Source of the DNA: Actinomycetota bacterium
GTDB lineage: Bacteria > Actinomycetota > Acidimicrobiia > Acidimicrobiales > JACCXE01
DNA length: 64,000 nucleotides
Reading direction: 5' to 3'
NCBI GenBank assembly: GCA_041166405.1
Contig: JBEEFV010000058.1
Coordinates: 14,070-78,069, forward strand
The translations under genes were made by a program, and so were the position numbers. Positions 1 through 10,990 of this stretch are shown in pieces; the stretch's first letter is position 1; each line of letters starts with the position of its first letter. The notes beneath the pieces were generated by a model, which was given only the letters and a program-made list of their open reading frames with translations, was not told where the DNA came from and ran no database searches.

Positions 1-33
1 CGACGACTTCGCAGAGATCTACTAAGGAGCGCC

Positions 34-959
34 ATGCGACTCGCGATGCTGGGACTCGGACGCATGGGCGCGGGCATGAGCCGGCGCCTGATGCAGGCCG
101 GCCACGAGGTGGTCGGCTTCGACCTCAACCCCGAAGCCGTCGCCGACCTCGTGAAGGACGGATCGATCAAGGCAGAGTCCGTCGAGGACGCGATCAAGCA
201 GTTGGAACCGCCACGGGTGGTGTGGCTGATGTTGCCCGCGGGCACGCCGACGCAGGACACCATCGACCACGTCGCCGGCATCCTCCGCGGTGGCGACATC
301 GTGATCGACGGCGGTAACTCGCGCTACACCGACGCGGTCGCCCGCGCCGCCGCGCTGCAACTGAAGGGAATCCACTTCCTCGACGCCGGCGTGAGCGGCG
401 GCATCTGGGGACTCGAGAACGGCTTTTGCCTCATGGTCGGCGGAGTTGAAGACGCCGTCGAAGTCGTGCGGCCGGCGTTCGAGGCGCTGGCGCCGCCGAA
501 CGGCTTCGCACACGTCGGCCCCGCCGGCGCCGGTCACTACGTGAAGATGGTCCACAACGGCATCGAGTACGGCCTGATGCAGGCGTACGCCGAAGGCTTC
601 GAGTTGATGAACGCGGCCACCGAGTTCAAGCTCGACCTCCATCAGATTGCCGACCTGTGGCGCAACGGTTCGGTGGTCCGCTCGTGGCTGCTCGATCTCG
701 CCGAGAAGGCCCTCGACGAAGGGTCGGGGTTCGAGGAGATCCAACCGGTCGTGGCGGACTCCGGTGAAGGGCGCTGGACGATCCAGGACGCGATCGACCG
801 CGCCGTCCCGCTGCCCGTCATCACCTCCGCGCTCTACACACGCTTCGCGTCGCGCGACGTCCACGCGTTCGCCCCGCGCCTGTTGGCGGCGTTGCGCAAC
901 CAGTTCGGCGGTCACCCCGTGCTGGTCGACGACCAAGCCGAACACCGCGACCCCAAGTC

Positions 960-963
<4 letters not shown>
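34..963 (+). CDS. gnd: 6-phosphogluconate dehydrogenase (decarboxylating, short YqeC/GntZ-like type)
   Basis: GLGRMG Rossmann motif, IDGGNS, VSGG, KMVHNGIEYG, SGEGRW and RNQFGGH motifs; AAGGAG RBS upstream. Confidence 0.95.
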
Positions 964-2444
<1,481 letters not shown>

Positions 2445-2447
2445 TCG

Positions 2448-3110
2448 GTGTTCGGTGACCTCGTCGTCGTCGACGAAGTAACGGAGGCGTTCGTCGGGCG
2501 CGTCGTCGACGCGTGGCAGGACCGGGCGCGCGCGTTCTTCAGCCTCGTCGTCTCGGGCGGCGACCTCGCACGGCGGTGTTACGAGCACCTCGCTGCGCAA
2601 GCGCGCGACGCCATCGACTGGTCGATGGTCGACATCTATTGGGGAGACGAGCGCCTCGTCCCGCGCCGTCATCCCGATTCGAACGAACTGCTCGTCCGCG
2701 ACGCGCTGATCAACCGACTCCCCCCAGTGCGTGGGGTGTTCCCGATGCGCATCGAATCCACCGCGGACGAGTACGACGCGCTCGTGCGCAGCGCCGCGCC
2801 GTTCGACGTCGTCCACCTCGGTCTCGGGCCGGACGCGCACACCGCGTCGCTGTTTCCCGGTTCCGAAGCGCTCGCCGCACCCATCGACCGCTACGTCGTC
2901 GACAACGAAGATCCTTCGGGTGCCAACTTCCATCCGCGGCGCACGCTGACGTTCGCCGGCATCGCCATGGGCGACCTCGTGCTGGTCACCGTGGACGGCG
3001 AGGCGAAGCGCGACGCGTTGGCGCGCGTACGCGCCGATGATCCGTCCGCTCCCGGCTCCCACATCCACGCACCGCGCGTGGAATGGTTGGTGGGTGAAAC
3101 CGCGCTTTGA
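2448..3110 (+). CDS. pgl: 6-phosphogluconolactonase
   Basis: SGG, WGDERLVP, SN and LGLGPDAHTASLFP motifs; follows zwf. Confidence 0.92.
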   Translation: MFGDLVVVDEVTEAFVGRVVDAWQDRARAFFSLVVSGGDLARRCYEHLAAQARDAIDWSMVDIYWGDERLVPRRHPDSNELLVRDALINRLPPVRGVFPMRIESTADEYDALVRSAAPFDVVHLGLGPDAHTASLFPGSEALAAPIDRYVVDNEDPSGANFHPRRTLTFAGIAMGDLVLVTVDGEAKRDALARVRADDPSAPGSHIHAPRVEWLVGETAL

Positions 3111-3831
3111 AGGACGAACCGCTGTCGTAACCGGCGCCGCGTCAGGCATCGGATCCGAGATCGCGCGGTTGCTGGTCGAAGAAGGCGCGCGCGTGCTCGG
3201 GGCCGACGTCGATCCGACGAACGTTCCGGCGGGGGCGTCGCCGTTCACGGCGGACGTGTCGGATCCCGCTCACGTCGACGCCATGATCGCCGCGGCCATC
3301 GCGGAGTTCGGGCACGTCGACATCCTGTGCAACAACGCCGGCATCGGGTCCGTGCACGACGTGCTCGGGTGCTCGCTCGACGAGTGGGAGCGCCTGTTCG
3401 CGGTCAACGTGCGCGGGGTGTTCCTGGGGATCAAGGCGGCGCTGCCGTCGATGCTCGAACGCGGCCACGGCGTGATCGTCAACACCGCGTCGGTCGCCGG
3501 GATGATGGGACTGCGCGATCGCGCCGCCTACTGCGCCACAAAGGGCGCGGTGATTTCGCTGACGCAACAGGTCGCGGTGCAGTACGCCGGCACGGGCGTG
3601 CGCTGCAACTGCGTGTGCCCGGGCACGGTGGACTCGCCGTGGGTGGGCCGCTTGCTCGACCAAGCCGACGATCCGGCGGTGGCGCGTGAACGTCTCGTGG
3701 CGCGCCAACCCCTCGGTCGCCTCGGCCAACCAACCGAGGTGGCGAAGGCGATCCTCTACCTGGCGTCCGATGACGCGTCGTTCATGACCGGTTCGTCGCT
3801 CGTGATCGACGGCGGCATGACCGTGGTGTGA
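3094..3831 (+). CDS. SDR oxidoreductase (possibly 2-keto-3-deoxy-L-fuconate dehydrogenase-like)
   Basis: TGAASGIG, NNAG, YCATK (YxxxK) and PGTVDSP motifs; start re-assigned to GTG 3094 overlapping pgl. Confidence 0.9.
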   Translation: MKPRFEGRTAVVTGAASGIGSEIARLLVEEGARVLGADVDPTNVPAGASPFTADVSDPAHVDAMIAAAIAEFGHVDILCNNAGIGSVHDVLGCSLDEWERLFAVNVRGVFLGIKAALPSMLERGHGVIVNTASVAGMMGLRDRAAYCATKGAVISLTQQVAVQYAGTGVRCNCVCPGTVDSPWVGRLLDQADDPAVARERLVARQPLGRLGQPTEVAKAILYLASDDASFMTGSSLVIDGGMTVV

Positions 3832-3834
3832 CGC

Positions 3835-4374
3835 CTACGCCAACCGCTTGACCGCGTCACCCGTGCGGATCGTGCCGGGTTCGACGACGATGGCGTTGCG
3901 ACCGCGCAGGTTGAGGGCGATGCCGAGGCCGGTGTTGATGAAGCGGGTGGCGTCGTCGCCGAAGTGCTTCGTGAACTTCGCGCAGCCGCGATGCGGCTTG
4001 GTCGTGATCTCGATGACGGCGTCGCCGATGGCAAGGCGCGTGCCCGCGTCGAGGTGTTGCGTGCTCAAGTCGAAGTCGACGTAGAGCTGATCACCGGCGA
4101 GCGGGATGCGCTCGGGGTCCCCGGCCACGAGCGCGGCCGCGCGGTGGTTCATCACTGTCAGTTGCCCGAGAGGGTTGCGCTCGCCGAAACGCGGCTTGCG
4201 CTTGATCCAGTCGTTGCCGACGAGGCCGACCTCGAGATCGAGTTCGCCTTCCTCGAGCACCTTGCGGCGGCCTGGACTCGTGCGCACCACGATCAGTTCG
4301 AGCGTGCCCTCCTCGGTCGGCGACTGGCGGATGTGGTCAAGGCCCGCTTCGAGGTCGGTCAGCGCGACGTGCAT
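3835..4374 (-). CDS. MOSC domain-containing protein
   Basis: GLVGNDW, GDQLYVDFDLS, IGDAVIEIT-PHRGCAKF and LRGRNA-V-PGTIRTGD pattern typical of MOSC. Confidence 0.85.
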   Translation of the reverse strand: MHVALTDLEAGLDHIRQSPTEEGTLELIVVRTSPGRRKVLEEGELDLEVGLVGNDWIKRKPRFGERNPLGQLTVMNHRAAALVAGDPERIPLAGDQLYVDFDLSTQHLDAGTRLAIGDAVIEITTKPHRGCAKFTKHFGDDATRFINTGLGIALNLRGRNAIVVEPGTIRTGDAVKRLA

Positions 4375-4470
4375 CTTCGTAGTCCACCACCAAAGGATTT
4401 CCGAGGAACCCCATTTACCTGAGGTGGACGCGTCGGTACCCTCCGAAGAAACCGACCACAGGGGGGCAAT

Positions 4471-5496
4471 GTGGGCGATCTACTCAGTTCCACGCTCGTG
4501 GAAGTGGCCATCGGATTGATCGTTGTCTGGTTCGCGGCGGCGACAATCACGTCGACGATCGTCGAGGTAATCGCTGGCATCTTCCAGTTCCGAGCGAAAC
4601 ATCTCTGGCGGTATTTGTCGCGTGTTCTCGATGATGCGAATGACGAACGTCAGCCACTGCGGGATGCGTTGAAGCTCGGCGTGAACCCGCTCGTCGATGT
4701 CGCGTCGACAAGGGCTGATCCATCTGCCGGTCGGACGCCCCTCGAACTGTTCGCCGACACGGTCCATGGATGCATCGTCAACATTGCCAAGTCACCGGTG
4801 ATCGACGAGATCGCCAAGAGCGACGCTGTCGCAGGGATCATCGCCGCAGCGCAGAACCCTGCGTTCTTAGAAACCAAGGCGGGGAAGGTCCTCGGCACGT
4901 TGGCAGGGTCCGTAGTTGCCGACCGCGACGCGGCAGCCAAGTGGTTCGACGAGCACATGCAGCTTGCGAGCAATGCCTATCGCCGAAACATCCGGAAATG
5001 GTCGGCGTTGGTGGGGGTTTTTGTTATCGGCGCTCTCGGTATAGACACGATCGGGCTCGCGGAACGGCTCTATCGCGAGCCCCAGACGAGGCAGCTGACA
5101 TCGGTCATCGCGCAACAAGTCGTCGCCGGCGATCCGGGCTGCAGATTCCTGCCGACCACGACGACACAACTGCCGTCGGGGGGCACCGCGAAACCGAAAT
5201 CGTCGACCACTTCCAGTCCGACAACGACCTCAACGGCGAGTCCAACGACGACGACGACGCTGAAGACGACGTCGTTTGCAGACGGCACCGCATGTGTGAA
5301 GGGTGTGACGAAAGCACTCGTTCCGATCAGGTTGTCGCTATGGCAGCACCAGGATGGCAAGACCCTCGGTCAGCTTCTCTGGCCGCAGGGCATCTTTGGT
5401 CTCATCTTGTCGGCTGCGGCGGTGGCCGCTGGGGCGCCGTTCTGGTTTGCGATTCTCAAACGGCTCATGGCGATGCGCTCCGGCGCGTCGAGCTGA
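4471..5496 (+). CDS. hypothetical multi-pass membrane protein
   Basis: Three hydrophobic segments, WFD..M...YRR motif, Thr-rich linker, C-terminal GAPFWF motif; codon usage looks atypical. Confidence 0.75.
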   Translation: MGDLLSSTLVEVAIGLIVVWFAAATITSTIVEVIAGIFQFRAKHLWRYLSRVLDDANDERQPLRDALKLGVNPLVDVASTRADPSAGRTPLELFADTVHGCIVNIAKSPVIDEIAKSDAVAGIIAAAQNPAFLETKAGKVLGTLAGSVVADRDAAAKWFDEHMQLASNAYRRNIRKWSALVGVFVIGALGIDTIGLAERLYREPQTRQLTSVIAQQVVAGDPGCRFLPTTTTQLPSGGTAKPKSSTTSSPTTTSTASPTTTTTLKTTSFADGTACVKGVTKALVPIRLSLWQHQDGKTLGQLLWPQGIFGLILSAAAVAAGAPFWFAILKRLMAMRSGASS

Positions 5497-5512
5497 CGGC
5501 GAAAGGGACGGG

Positions 5513-6280
5513 ATGCCGTTCTTCAGTAGCGAAGTTGACCCTTCGTACCCACACCCCGAACTCCGGGTAGTCGACACCAAGACGTTCCAGCTACGAACAT
5601 CGTTTCGGTATCGCGATCCTGAGACGAAGAAGCCTTACGAAGTCCCGTCACAGCCTGCCAACAAGACGACCGATCTTGCATCGGTACCGGCGCTGCTTTG
5701 GGGTTTGGTCGCGCCGTACGGACACCAGCTTCTTCCGGCGTTGCTGCACGATAGGTATTGCGACCTCGCGCGCTCCGCGAGCGACGCCGCGGCCCGTCGG
5801 TCGCTTCGGACCGAAGCCAATTTGATCTTCCGTCACGGACTCGCCGAGTGTCGAGTGCCGTGGACTCGACGTTGGGTCATGTGGGCTGCGGTGACGCTGT
5901 TCGGTTACGGAGCACTCGACCCTTTCCGCCTCGTAGTAACTGTCGTGCTCCTGATGGCGGGCCTGGTCAGCGTGCTCTATGGATCGCTGCACCTCCACGG
6001 TTTCGCCGCCGCCGCGGCCGCTTGCGTGCCTGCGGTCATTGGGCTCATCGCTCCGTGGGACCCCGTCAAGGCCGCAGCCGTCGGTACGTATGCAGTCGTT
6101 CCGGCTCTTGTTGTCGGCTTCATTACGGCGGTCGCGAGCGCGCTTCTGTGGCTCATTCCAAGCGGGCTTTGGTGGACAGTGTGGCGCGGCCTTCACAGCA
6201 TCACCTTTCACGCGGTGCCGAGCCCTGGGCCGCCGCCGATCTTCGGACCCACCGCGCTGCGACAGCGCAGCGGCGGCTAA
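5513..6280 (+). CDS. DUF1353 domain membrane protein
   Basis: TDLASVP..LW...PYG....ALLHD..C....A..IF DUF1353 signature followed by TM helices; start at ATG 5513 after AAGGGA. Confidence 0.8.
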   Translation: MPFFSSEVDPSYPHPELRVVDTKTFQLRTSFRYRDPETKKPYEVPSQPANKTTDLASVPALLWGLVAPYGHQLLPALLHDRYCDLARSASDAAARRSLRTEANLIFRHGLAECRVPWTRRWVMWAAVTLFGYGALDPFRLVVTVVLLMAGLVSVLYGSLHLHGFAAAAAACVPAVIGLIAPWDPVKAAAVGTYAVVPALVVGFITAVASALLWLIPSGLWWTVWRGLHSITFHAVPSPGPPPIFGPTALRQRSGG

Positions 6281-6948
6281 TAGTCCACTACGACCGGGTT
6301 CGTGAGGACACCGATTTTCTCGATGTCGATCTCGCACACGTCACCGTCCTGCAGATAGATCGGCGGGGTCCGCGAGAACCCGACACCGAACGGCGTGCCG
6401 GTGGCGATGATGTCGCCGACTTCGAGCGTCATGAAGCGTGAGCAGTACGCGATAAGATGCGCGACGCCGAAGATCATCTCGGACGTGTTCGAGTCCTGCA
6501 GCGTTTCGCCGTTGACGCGGCACTTGATGGCCAGGTTCTGCGGGTCGGGAATCTCGTCGGCGGTCACGATGGCCGGACCGAGCGGGCAGAACGTGTCGAA
6601 CGACTTGCCGCGCACCCACTGCTGGTCGCCGAACTGCGCGTCGCGCGCCGAGACGTCGTTGCAGCACGTGTAGCCGAACACGTAGTCGAGCGCGTCGGCT
6701 TCGCTCACGCGCCGCGCCTGCGTACCGATGACGACCGCGAGCTCGGCCTCGTAGTCGACCTGACTGGAGGCGTCGGCGTCCCAGCGGATCGGATCACCGT
6801 CAAAGCAGATGCTGTTGTTCGTCTTGACGAAGATCAGCGGGTTCTTCGGTGGCTCCATGCCCGACTCGCGCGCGTGGTCCGCGTAGTTGAGGCCGATGGC
6901 GAGCACCTTCGACGGCGGTGCGATGTCAGTGAATGCGACGCGGGCCAT
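6277..6948 (-). CDS. fumarylacetoacetate hydrolase family protein
   Basis: IGLNYADH, DYEAELAVVIG, NDVSARD, GKSFDTFCPLGP and TGTP motifs. Confidence 0.93.
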   Translation of the reverse strand: MARVAFTDIAPPSKVLAIGLNYADHARESGMEPPKNPLIFVKTNNSICFDGDPIRWDADASSQVDYEAELAVVIGTQARRVSEADALDYVFGYTCCNDVSARDAQFGDQQWVRGKSFDTFCPLGPAIVTADEIPDPQNLAIKCRVNGETLQDSNTSEMIFGVAHLIAYCSRFMTLEVGDIIATGTPFGVGFSRTPPIYLQDGDVCEIDIEKIGVLTNPVVVDY

Positions 6949-6951
6949 TGA

Positions 6952-8610
6952 TCAGTCTCCTGTGTTGAGGTCGACGTAAAGCGCGGAGCGGCGACCGGTC
7001 GGCCCACCGTCGGCGAAGGCTTCGATCGTGGTGTCGCCGGCGGGGAGGTCGACGACGAAGTCGTACTTGGTGCACTGCAACACCCACGGCGTCGACACCG
7101 TCGTGTCGCCGACGCGCAGATTTACCGTGCCGTGGATGTCCGGGCGCGACCACACGAACGGGTCGAGCCGGACTTCGACGCGCGCGGCGCTCGGGCGCGC
7201 CACGGTGACCTCCCACCAGCCCTGCGTCGTGCCCATCCATCCGGCGAGCTCGCCCATGTCGGCAAGTGAATCGTCGATGCGCCAGTCCTGCCGCGTCAGG
7301 CTCACCCTGTCGGTCGCGCCGCCGATCACGATGCGGGGCGCGGCGAACGGGTCGGGACGCGTCGCCGCGATGTCGTCGAACCAGGCGTCGTAGTCGGCGC
7401 GCAGCGCGGCGACCACTTCAGGGTGATCGGACGCGATGTCGTTGCGCTCGCCGGGGTCCGCCGCGAGGTCGTACAGCTCGTCGGGCTGGTTCGGCGCCGG
7501 CCGGTAGAGCTTGTACTCGTCGGTGATGACCGCGTAATTGCGGTAGCGCTCGGGCGTGTTGCCGCGATGCCACTGCATGTAGATGTGACGGTCGGCGGGT
7601 TCCCCGAACAGGTCGACGCCGTCGAGGCGCACGTCGTCGGGCAGCGCGGCGCCAACCGTCGCCGCGATCGTGGGCAGCACGTCGATGGGTGACGCGAGCC
7701 GCGTTTCGTCACGCGGTTCGTTGTTCCAGCGCCAGAAGAACGGCACCTTGACGGCGCCGTCGTATAGCGACCCCTTCTCGCCGCGCAGGCCGGCGTTCCA
7801 CCGCACCTGTTCGTCCGCGGGCTTGGTGTAGTCGCGCGCCGAGGTGCACGGCCCGTGATCGCTCGTGTACACGACGATCGTGTTCTCGGGGATCGCCGCG
7901 AGGATGCGGCCGATGTTCCAGTCGATGTTCGTGACCATCCCGTAGAGGCGCGCGAACGTTTCGCCGAGTCCCTCGATGGCGCGGTACGGCGCAACCCACT
8001 GCTCGGGCACTTCGAGCGGCGTGTGCGGTGCGTTGGTGGCGAAGTAGGCGAAGAACAATTCGTCGCGGTCGCGCGCCGCGTCGACGAACGCGATCGTTGC
8101 GTCCGCGAACACATCGGTGCAGTACCCCGCGACGCGCTCGGGGTCGCCGTCGCGGAACAGCACCGGGTCGAAGTACGCCTCGCCCTCGCGCCAGTGGTTC
8201 TCGCGATGGTCACCGGGCTGGCCGATGCCGCCGGCGTTGTGCATCAGCGTCTCGTCGAACCCGAGGTCGCACGCGCGCATCGGGTAGGCGTCGCCGAGGT
8301 GCCACTTGCCGAACGCGGCGGTGCGATAGCCGGCGCGCTGCAGCACGTGGCCGAGCGTCACCTCGCCCGGGTCGATCATCGAGCGCCCGCAGAACGTGTC
8401 GATGGCGCGCGTGCGCAGGTGGTACCGACCGGTCATCAACGACGCGCGCGCCGGTGTGCACATCGGCCCGCTGGCGTAGCGGGTGAAGCGCACACTTTGC
8501 GCGTACAGCGCGTCGAGATTCGGTGTCTGCACGTACGGGTTGCCGTGGCAGGCGAGGTCGCCGAACGCGAGGTCGTCCATCATCATCACGAGGACGTTCG
8601 GCCGACTCAT
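6952..8610 (-). CDS. arylsulfatase (Cys-type, formylglycine-dependent)
   Basis: PNVLVMMMDD, CTPARASLMTGR (CxPxR), GKWHLG, PHTP and SDHG motifs; no signal peptide; alternative start 8619. Confidence 0.93.
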   Translation of the reverse strand: MSRPNVLVMMMDDLAFGDLACHGNPYVQTPNLDALYAQSVRFTRYASGPMCTPARASLMTGRYHLRTRAIDTFCGRSMIDPGEVTLGHVLQRAGYRTAAFGKWHLGDAYPMRACDLGFDETLMHNAGGIGQPGDHRENHWREGEAYFDPVLFRDGDPERVAGYCTDVFADATIAFVDAARDRDELFFAYFATNAPHTPLEVPEQWVAPYRAIEGLGETFARLYGMVTNIDWNIGRILAAIPENTIVVYTSDHGPCTSARDYTKPADEQVRWNAGLRGEKGSLYDGAVKVPFFWRWNNEPRDETRLASPIDVLPTIAATVGAALPDDVRLDGVDLFGEPADRHIYMQWHRGNTPERYRNYAVITDEYKLYRPAPNQPDELYDLAADPGERNDIASDHPEVVAALRADYDAWFDDIAATRPDPFAAPRIVIGGATDRVSLTRQDWRIDDSLADMGELAGWMGTTQGWWEVTVARPSAARVEVRLDPFVWSRPDIHGTVNLRVGDTTVSTPWVLQCTKYDFVVDLPAGDTTIEAFADGGPTGRRSALYVDLNTGD

Positions 8611-8630
8611 GTCGGGCATGATGCTCCGTC

Positions 8631-9938
8631 ATGGCGGGCGTTCGCATAACTGGCATGTCGGCACACGACTTGCGCTTCCCCACATCGGATCTGCTCGACG
8701 GGTCCGACGCCATGAATCCGGACCCCGACTACTCGGCCGCCTACGTCGTGTTGGAGACGAGCGAGCCGGGGCTGCGCGGTCACGGCATGACGTTCACGAT
8801 CGGGCGCGGCACCGAAGTGTGCGTGGCCGCGATCGAAGCGATGCGCCACTGCGTCGTCGGGCGCGACCTCGACGAACTCGAAGCCGACACCGGCGCGTTC
8901 TGGCGTTCGATCGCGGGCGACAGCCAACTGCGCTGGCTCGGTCCGGAGAAGGGGATCATCCACTTGGCGACCGCCGCGGTCGTCAACGCGGTGTGGGACC
9001 TGTTCGCCCGCCGCGCCGACAAGCCGCTGTGGAAGTACCTCGCCGACCTTCCCGCCGACGCGCTCGTGCGCGCCGTCGACTTCCGGCACATCTCCGACGC
9101 CATCACGCGCGACGAGGCGCTCGCCATGCTCACCGCGACGGAAGCGGACGCGGCGGACCGCGAAGCGACCCTCCTGCGCGACGGCTACCCGGCCTACATC
9201 ACCTCGGCCGGTTGGCTCGGGTATCCCGACGACTTGATCCGGTCGAAGACGCGCGACGCGCTGGCCGACGGATGGAACGCGCTCAAGATGAAGGTCGGGC
9301 GTGATCGCGACGACGACATTCGCCGCACCATGGTGCTGCGCGAAGAACTCGGTCCCGATCGCATGCTCTTGATCGACGCGAACCAGGTGTGGGACGTCGA
9401 CGAGGCGATCGAATGGACCCAGGCGCTGCACGCGGCGAACCCATGGTGGATCGAGGAGCCGACGTCCCCCGACGACATCCTGGGTCACGCGCGCATCGCG
9501 CAGGCGGTGCATCCGGTGCGCGTCGCGACCGGCGAGCACTGCCACAACCGCATCATGTTCAAGCAGTTCATGCAGGCGGGCGGCATGGACATCGCCCAGA
9601 TCGACGGCTGCCGCCTGGGTGGCGTCAACGAAGTCATCGCGGTGCTGTTGTTGGCCGCGAAGTTCGGCGTGCCGGTGTGCCCGCACGCCGGCGGCATCGG
9701 GTTGTGCCAGCACGTCCAGCACTTCTCGATGTTCGACTACCTGCGCGTGTCGGGTTGCAACGACGACCGCATGATCGAGTACGCCGGACACCTGCACGAG
9801 CACTTCGTCACCGCGCTCGACGTGCACGATGGGCGCTACTGGGCGCCGACCGACGCGGGCTTCGGCCTCGAGCTGCACGCGGACTCGGTGCGCGACTACG
9901 CGTTCCCGGGCGGCGCCATCTGGAAAGCGCGCGCGTGA
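8631..9938 (+). CDS. fucD: L-fuconate dehydratase (enolase superfamily, ENOSF1/rTS-like)
   Basis: DLRFPTS..LDGSDAMNPDPDYSAAYV, QLRWLGPEKG, KMKVG, DANQVW, EEPTSPDD, GEH and CPHAGG motifs. Confidence 0.9.
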   Translation: MAGVRITGMSAHDLRFPTSDLLDGSDAMNPDPDYSAAYVVLETSEPGLRGHGMTFTIGRGTEVCVAAIEAMRHCVVGRDLDELEADTGAFWRSIAGDSQLRWLGPEKGIIHLATAAVVNAVWDLFARRADKPLWKYLADLPADALVRAVDFRHISDAITRDEALAMLTATEADAADREATLLRDGYPAYITSAGWLGYPDDLIRSKTRDALADGWNALKMKVGRDRDDDIRRTMVLREELGPDRMLLIDANQVWDVDEAIEWTQALHAANPWWIEEPTSPDDILGHARIAQAVHPVRVATGEHCHNRIMFKQFMQAGGMDIAQIDGCRLGGVNEVIAVLLLAAKFGVPVCPHAGGIGLCQHVQHFSMFDYLRVSGCNDDRMIEYAGHLHEHFVTALDVHDGRYWAPTDAGFGLELHADSVRDYAFPGGAIWKARA

Positions 9939-10990
9939 CCGACAAACTGCGCGTCGCGCTCGTCGGCGGGCCGATGTACGACGCGCTGTACGCGCCGTTC
10001 CGCGAGGACGTCGAAGTCGTCGTCCACGCCGATCACCCGACGCTCAACCGCGAGGTCGCCGCAATGCTCGCCGCCGGCGAACGCATCGACGTGCTGTCGA
10101 CCCACGGCAAGTACGCGCCGTCGCAGTCGCAGTGGTTGCGTCCGCTGAACGATCTCGTCGACACGAGCGCGCTCGCCCCGAAGGCGGTCGAGCTGTGTTC
10201 CTATCGCGGCGACGTGTTGTGCGCGCCCCGCAACATCGACGTCCGCATCCTGTGGTGGCGCACCGATCGCATGAAGGCGCCACCTTCCGGTTGGGGCGAC
10301 CTGCTCGGCAGCACGGCGGTCTTCGGGTTCACCGGACGCGAGTCCGGTCTGTTCGGACTCTTTTTCGAACTCGTGACCTGCCTCGGCGGTCGGCTGTTCG
10401 ACGACGCGTTACGGCCCACCATCGTCGGGCCAGTGGGCGAAGCAGCGGTGCAGGACATCTGCGTGCTGGCGCAGCGCGCTCCGGCCGATCTGCCCGACTG
10501 GCACTACGACCAAGTCGACGCCGCGCTGCTCGAAGGGCGAGTCGACTGTGCAGCGGCGTGGCCCGGCGGTTACGACGCCATCGCGGCGTCGTCGCTTTAC
10601 AAGTCGCTGCGCCCGGCGCTCTACCCCGGCGGCGTGTCGTACTCCGGGTGCCATGCGTGGGCGATCCCGACAACGTGCGCTGACGTCGACCGCGCCGCGG
10701 AGTTCGTGCAGCAACTGTCATCGTTCGAGACGCAGGCTCGCGAGTCGGGGATCCCCGCGCACGTCGAGGCGCTCGCGGCGCGCACGCCGCGCGACGCCGT
10801 CGATGCCGAGCGGTTGGCGGTCACGCAGCAGACGATCGCCGAAGCGATGATCACGTATCCCCACATCGAAGGCTTCGACGCCATCGAGAACGCCGGCTGG
10901 CAGGCGATCAACGCCGCCATCCGCGGCGAGATCGACATCCCTGAAGCAACGCGCCGCATGCAAGCCGCCGCCGAAGCAGTGCTCGCTTGA
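9935..10990 (+). CDS. solute-binding-protein-fold protein (sugar-binding family 1) lacking a signal peptide
   Basis: SBP_bac_1-like pattern (DVLSTH, LRPLNDLV, PRNIDVRILWWRTD, WAIP); GTGA overlap with fucD stop. Confidence 0.75.
   Translation: MTDKLRVALVGGPMYDALYAPFREDVEVVVHADHPTLNREVAAMLAAGERIDVLSTHGKYAPSQSQWLRPLNDLVDTSALAPKAVELCSYRGDVLCAPRNIDVRILWWRTDRMKAPPSGWGDLLGSTAVFGFTGRESGLFGLFFELVTCLGGRLFDDALRPTIVGPVGEAAVQDICVLAQRAPADLPDWHYDQVDAALLEGRVDCAAAWPGGYDAIAASSLYKSLRPALYPGGVSYSGCHAWAIPTTCADVDRAAEFVQQLSSFETQARESGIPAHVEALAARTPRDAVDAERLAVTQQTIAEAMITYPHIEGFDAIENAGWQAINAAIRGEIDIPEATRRMQAAAEAVLA

Noticed and set aside
4375-6280. Prophage or transposon remnant
   Set aside because: No integrase, transposase, terminal repeats or structural phage genes; kept only as a compositional islet
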